A stretch of 11,556 bases of DNA. It comes from a virus. Lineage: Duplodnaviria; Heunggongvirae; Uroviricota; Caudoviricetes. The stretch lies in the IMG/VR virus record IMGVR_UViG_2713897055_000008, positions 1 through 11,556 of that record. One strand, 5' to 3'. The stretch's first letter is position 1, and each line of letters starts with the position of its first letter. The notes under the pieces were generated by a model that ran no database searches, was not told the origin of the DNA, and was given only the letters and a program-made list of their open reading frames with translations. Shown piece by piece: positions 8,223-11,556 of this stretch. The position numbers and the translations under genes were made by a program.

Positions 8223-8966
8223 ATGACACAGACTGAATCAGCGATTCTGGCGCATGCCCGGCGGTGTGCGCCAGCGGAGTCGTGCGGCTTCGTGATAAGC
8301 ACCCCGGAGGGGGAGCGGTACCAGCCCTGCGTGAATATCTCCGCAGAGCCGGAGGCGTATTTTCGTATTGCGCCGGAGGACTGGCTGCAGGCACAGATGC
8401 AGGGGGAGATTGTGGCGCTGGTCCACAGTCATCCCGGTGGTCTGCCCTGGCTGAGCGAGGCGGACCGGCGGCTGCAGATAAAGAGTGCCCTGCCCTGGTG
8501 GCTGGTCTGTCGGGGTGAAATTCACCGGTTCCGCTGTGTGCCGCACCTGACCGGACGGCGCTTTGAACACGGTGTGACGGACTGTTACACCCTGTTCCGG
8601 GATGCATACCATCTGGCGGGGATAACGCTGCCGGATTTTGTGCGTGAGGATGACTGGTGGCGCAACGGCCAGAACCTGTACCTGGACAACCTGGCGGACA
8701 ATGGATTTTACCGGGTGTCTCCGTCCTGTGCACAGGCAGGCGATATCCTGCTGTGCTGCTTTGGCGCATCGGTGCCGAATCATGCCGCCATTTACTGTGG
8801 CAACGGTGAACTGCTTCACCATATACCTGAACAACTGAGTAAACGGGAGAGGTATTCTGAAAAATGGCAACGACGAACGCATTCTGTCTGGCGTCACCGC
8901 CACTGGTCCACATCTGCCTTCACGGGGATTTACAACGATTTGGTCGCCGCATCAGTCTGTATGTGA
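8223..8966 (+). CDS. K: Tail tip assembly protein K (JAMM/MPN plus NlpC/P60 domains)
   Basis: ATG 8223 (MTQTESAILAHARR...); JAMM motif HSHPGGLPWLSEAD at 8424-8465; NlpC/P60 catalytic Cys (GVTDCYTLF) at 8583-8585 with downstream His. The frame stays open to TGA 8964-8966, overlapping I by 103 nt. Confidence 0.85.
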   Translation: MTQTESAILAHARRCAPAESCGFVISTPEGERYQPCVNISAEPEAYFRIAPEDWLQAQMQGEIVALVHSHPGGLPWLSEADRRLQIKSALPWWLVCRGEIHRFRCVPHLTGRRFEHGVTDCYTLFRDAYHLAGITLPDFVREDDWWRNGQNLYLDNLADNGFYRVSPSCAQAGDILLCCFGASVPNHAAIYCGNGELLHHIPEQLSKRERYSEKWQRRTHSVWRHRHWSTSAFTGIYNDLVAASVCM

Positions 8967-9508
8967 ACACGGCAGCGGAGGCCATCCGTGCCCTGTCGCA
9001 GCAGGTGCCGGGATTCCGCTGTCAGATGAACGAAGGCTGGTACCAGATACGTATTGCCGGTGAGGATACCGCGCCGGACCAGATATCGCCCCGACTGCAT
9101 GAGCCACTGAACCCGGGGGATGTCATTCATCTGGTTCCCCGGGCAGAAGGTGCCAAAAGTGGCGGAGTGTTTCAGGCCGTGCTTGGCGTTGCGCTGGTTG
9201 CGGCAGCTATCTGGATGCCGGGTATCGGTATTGCAGCCAGCAACATCATGTTTTCCATGGGCTCTGCAATGGCACTGGGTGGTGTGGCCCAGATGCTGGC
9301 CCCGAAGGCAAAGACGCCGGAGTACAAAAGCACGGATAACGGCAGACAGAACACGTATTTTTCGTCACTGGACAACATGATTGCTCAGGGGAATCCGGTG
9401 CCGGTGCCTTACGGTGAAATGCTGGTTGGTTCACGACGGATATCCCAGGACATCAGCACCCGTGATGAGGGCGGTGACGGGAAAGTGGTGGTTATCGGGC
9501 GGGGATGA
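8864..9508 (+). CDS. I: Tail tip assembly protein I
   Basis: ATG 8864 is the first start after in-frame stops; 214 aa; N-terminus (...ICLHGDLQRFGRRI...AEAIRAL...) and C-terminal region (KSGGVFQ...NTYFSSLDNM...VVVIGRG) resemble lambda gpI as recalled. Confidence 0.88.
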   Translation: MATTNAFCLASPPLVHICLHGDLQRFGRRISLYVNTAAEAIRALSQQVPGFRCQMNEGWYQIRIAGEDTAPDQISPRLHEPLNPGDVIHLVPRAEGAKSGGVFQAVLGVALVAAAIWMPGIGIAASNIMFSMGSAMALGGVAQMLAPKAKTPEYKSTDNGRQNTYFSSLDNMIAQGNPVPVPYGEMLVGSRRISQDISTRDEGGDGKVVVIGRG

Positions 9509-9512
9509 AAAT

Positions 9513-9547
9513 AAAAAAAAATCCCGCAGTGCTCTGTAGCTGCGGGA
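9513..9547 (-). terminator. Intrinsic-terminator-like element, minus-strand orientation (unit 1)
   Basis: Stem TCCCGCAG (9522-9529) / CTGCGGGA (9540-9547), 10-nt loop; on the minus strand it is followed by nine T (9513-9521). Confidence 0.55.
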
Positions 9548-9644
9548 AGAGATACGAAGATTAACTTTAAGGAATTTTTCATTATTCTGGCAGATGAACT
9601 GTAACGCAGCGTGATTATGAGCACTACAGTCAGTGTGCGGAAAT

Positions 9645-9671
9645 GTGAATAAACTCAGAATTTTTATTCAC
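9645..9671. repeat. Perfect 9-bp inverted repeat GTGAATAAA-N9-TTTATTCAC (unit 1)
   Basis: Read directly; degenerate in units 2 and 4. Confidence 0.5.
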
Positions 9672-9734
9672 GGGAAGGGAGGGGCCGGATATCGGTGGCA
9701 GAGGACAGAAGGCATCATGCCGGGTTCAGGGGAT

Positions 9735-9767
9735 AAAAAAAATCCCGCAGTACTCCGTGCTGCGGGA
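9735..9767 (-). terminator. Intrinsic-terminator-like element, minus-strand orientation (unit 2)
   Basis: Stem 9743-9750 / 9760-9767 (same 8-bp sequence as unit 1), 9-nt loop; eight T on the minus strand (9735-9742). Confidence 0.55.
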
Positions 9768-9958
9768 AGAGAACGATGTTGACTAACCTGTTGGCGTTTT
9801 ATTTTTATTGACCCGAAGAAACTGTAACCTGCCGGAATGCACTCTGCCACGGAGAATGACGGAAAATGTGAAGAAAATCAGAGTTTTTATTTATCCCGTA
9901 CATTCGTCTCTGGCGACAGAGTGGCGTCAGTAATGTCCGTGATACTGAGGGGGGAATT

Positions 9959-9997
9959 AAAAAATCTCCCGTAATACACCTGGATATTGACGGGAGA
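9959..9997 (-). terminator. Terminator-like hairpin, minus-strand orientation (unit 3, variant stem)
   Basis: Stem TCTCCCGT (9965-9972) / ACGGGAGA (9990-9997) with an inner AATA/TATT extension; six T on the minus strand (9959-9964). Different stem sequence from the other units but same fold. Confidence 0.4.
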
Positions 9998-10099
9998 AAC
10001 GAATAGTCACCTTAAGGAGTAGTTTTGATTATTGCCTGTAATCAGCGGGCGAATTGTAACGTATGGTGATTATGAGTGCCACAGGTAATTTGCAGAAAT

Positions 10100-10126
10100 G
10101 TGAATAAATTCAGAATTTTTATTCAC
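10100..10126. repeat. Perfect 9-bp inverted repeat GTGAATAAA-N9-TTTATTCAC (unit 3)
   Basis: Read directly; identical arms and spacing to the unit-1 copy. Confidence 0.5.
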
Positions 10127-10188
10127 AGGAAGGGGCTGCGGGATATCGGTGGCAGAGGACAGAAAATATCAGGCCGGGTTTAAGGGAT

Positions 10189-10222
10189 AAAAAAATCCCG
10201 CAGAGTCAGCGGAGCTGCGGGA
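10189..10222 (-). terminator. Intrinsic-terminator-like element, minus-strand orientation (unit 4)
   Basis: Stem 10196-10203 / 10215-10222 (TCCCGCAG/CTGCGGGA), 11-nt loop; seven T on the minus strand (10189-10195). Confidence 0.55.
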
Positions 10223-10395
10223 GAGAACGATGAAGATTAACGTTATGGAGTTATTTTTCAGGCATCAAAAAAGTAACGCAGCGTCATTATTGCGGCTACA
10301 GGCAATTTGCAGAAATGTGAAGAATTTCAGAAATTTTATTCCGTCATGACACAGGCACCTCCGGGGTGCCTGTTGTTTTTGGGCATAAACAGATT

Positions 10396-10422
10396 CAGAC
10401 ATCAGACATCAGACATCAGACA
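10396..10422 (+). repeat. Heptanucleotide microsatellite (CAGACAT) x ~3.9 just upstream of the J ribosome-binding site
   Basis: Read directly: cagacat cagacat cagacat cagaca, followed by GGAGAGGGGG and the GTG start at 10438. Confidence 0.8.
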
Positions 10423-10437
10423 GGAGAGGGGGACAGA

Positions 10438-11556
10438 GTGGGTAAAGGGGGCGGCAAGGGGCACACACCGCGTGAGGCGAAGGACAATCTCAAATCCACG
10501 CAGATGATGAGCGTGATTGATGCCATTGGTGAGGGACCGGTGGAAGGCCCGGTGAAGGGACTGCAGAGTATTCTGGTGAACAAAACCCCGCTGACGGACA
10601 CGGACGGTAATCCCGTGATACACGGTGTGACCGCCGTCTGGCGTGCCGGGGAGCAGGAGCAGACACCGCCGGAAGGCTTTGAGTCCTCCGGGGCAGAAAC
10701 CGCACTGGGCGTGGAGGTGTCGAAGGCAAAGCCGGTGACGCGCACCATCACGTCAGCGAACATTGACCGTCTGCGGGTCACCTTCGGGGTGCAGTCACTG
10801 GTGGAGACCACCTCAAAGGGTGACCGTAATCCCTCTTCTGTCCGCCTGCTGATTCAGCTTGAGCGTAACGGTAACTGGGTGACGGAGAAGGATGTCACCA
10901 TTAACGGCAAGACCACCTCGCAGTACCTGACGTCGGTGATTCTGAATAATCTCCCTGAGCGCCCCTTTAACATCCGGATGGTCAGGGAGACGGCGGACAG
11001 CACCACGGACCAGCTGCAGAACAGAACGCTGTGGTCGTCATACACCGAAATCATCGATGTGAAACAGTGCTACCCGAACACGGCCATTGTGGGGCTGCAG
11101 GTGGATGCGGAGCAGTTCGGTGGCCAGCAGCTGACGGTGAACTACCATATCCGTGGTCGCATCATTCAGGTGCCGTCAAACTATGACCCGGAAAAACGCA
11201 CCTACAGCGGTATCTGGGACGGCAGCCTGAAACCGGCATACAGCAATAACCCGGCCTGGTGCCTGTGGGACATGCTGACCCACCCGCGCTACGGGATGGG
11301 AAAACGCCTGGGGGCCGCGGATGTGGACAAGTGGGCACTGTATGCCATCGGGCAGTACTGCGACCAGACGGTCCCGGATGGTTTCGGGGGCACAGAGCCG
11401 CGGATGACCTTTAATGCGTACCTGTCACAGCAGCGTAAGGTGTGGGATGTCCTGGGGGATTTCTGCTCGGCGATGCGCTGTATGCCGGTATGGAACGGTC
11501 AGACGCTGACGTTCGTTCAGGACCGTCCGTCGGATGTGGTGTGGCCGTACACGAAC
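10438..11556 (+). CDS. J: Tail tip / host specificity protein J, N-terminal 373 codons (continues past window end)
   Basis: GTG 10438 preceded by GGAGAGGGGG. Translation (M)GKGGGKGHTPREAKDNLKSTQMMSVIDAIGEGPVEGPV...WCLWDMLTHPRYGMGKRLG... is near-identical to the lambda J N-terminus as recalled. Absent from the ORF track because there is no stop inside the window. Confidence 0.93.
   Translation, partial: MGKGGGKGHTPREAKDNLKSTQMMSVIDAIGEGPVEGPVKGLQSILVNKTPLTDTDGNPVIHGVTAVWRAGEQEQTPPEGFESSGAETALGVEVSKAKPVTRTITSANIDRLRVTFGVQSLVETTSKGDRNPSSVRLLIQLERNGNWVTEKDVTINGKTTSQYLTSVILNNLPERPFNIRMVRETADSTTDQLQNRTLWSSYTEIIDVKQCYPNTAIVGLQVDAEQFGGQQLTVNYHIRGRIIQVPSNYDPEKRTYSGIWDGSLKPAYSNNPAWCLWDMLTHPRYGMGKRLGAADVDKWALYAIGQYCDQTVPDGFGGTEPRMTFNAYLSQQRKVWDVLGDFCSAMRCMPVWNGQTLTFVQDRPSDVVWPYTN

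Larger units (their letters stand above)
9509..10437. repeat. AT-rich non-coding tandem array of four diverged ~220-230-bp units inserted between I and J
   Basis: Read directly: four units, each with an A-run plus a TCCCGCAG-type hairpin (hairpin starts 9522, 9743, 9965, 10196) and a conserved AAATGTGAA(T/G)AA core. Units 1 and 3 are most alike, as are 2 and 4. No convincing ORF on either strand. Confidence 0.8.

Noticed and set aside
8221-8913. 221-230-aa minus-strand ORFs overlapping K
   Set aside because: Antisense to K, whose catalytic motifs are intact on the + strand.
9522-9547. Plus-strand terminator for the tail operon after I
   Set aside because: The hairpins are preceded, not followed, by the A/T tract on the + strand, so they are not oriented to stop rightward transcription into J.
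9645-9671. CRP binding site (TGTGA...TCACA)
   Set aside because: The half-sites are separated by ~19 nt instead of 6, which is incompatible with CRP geometry.
9409-9850. Small ORFs in the I-J spacer (9409-9624 minus, 9668-9850 minus, 10307-10507 plus)
   Set aside because: No ribosome-binding sites, not conserved between repeat units, and they run through hairpins or into J out of frame.
9509-10437. CRISPR array interpretation of the I-J repeats
   Set aside because: Units are ~220 bp with internal structure, not 28-37-bp repeats separated by unique spacers; no cas genes nearby.

Overview
This window is the late morphogenesis operon of a lambdoid siphovirus (probably an enterobacterial prophage), with every credible gene on the + strand. 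In order: a protein with 54-aa tandem repeats and an ambiguous start; four HK97-style head-tail joining genes (gp6-like connector, head-closure, gp10-like, DUF3168-like); a major tail protein with a C-terminal Ig-like domain; a G/GT tail chaperone pair with a visible -1 slippery site; a tape-measure gene broken into two frames; and lambda-like M, L, K, I and the 5' end of J. Family names are assigned from recalled sequence patterns, not from searches. The most unusual feature is a ~930-bp AT-rich non-coding insert between I and J (adjacent in lambda as I recall it), made of four diverged ~220-230-bp tandem units. Each unit carries a GC hairpin followed by a T-tract on the minus strand, so the array looks like four antisense intrinsic terminators or small-RNA 3' ends. 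Other points worth checking are a CAGACAT heptamer microsatellite just upstream of the J start, the tape-measure frame break at a CCC run, and K reading about 100 nt past the I start.
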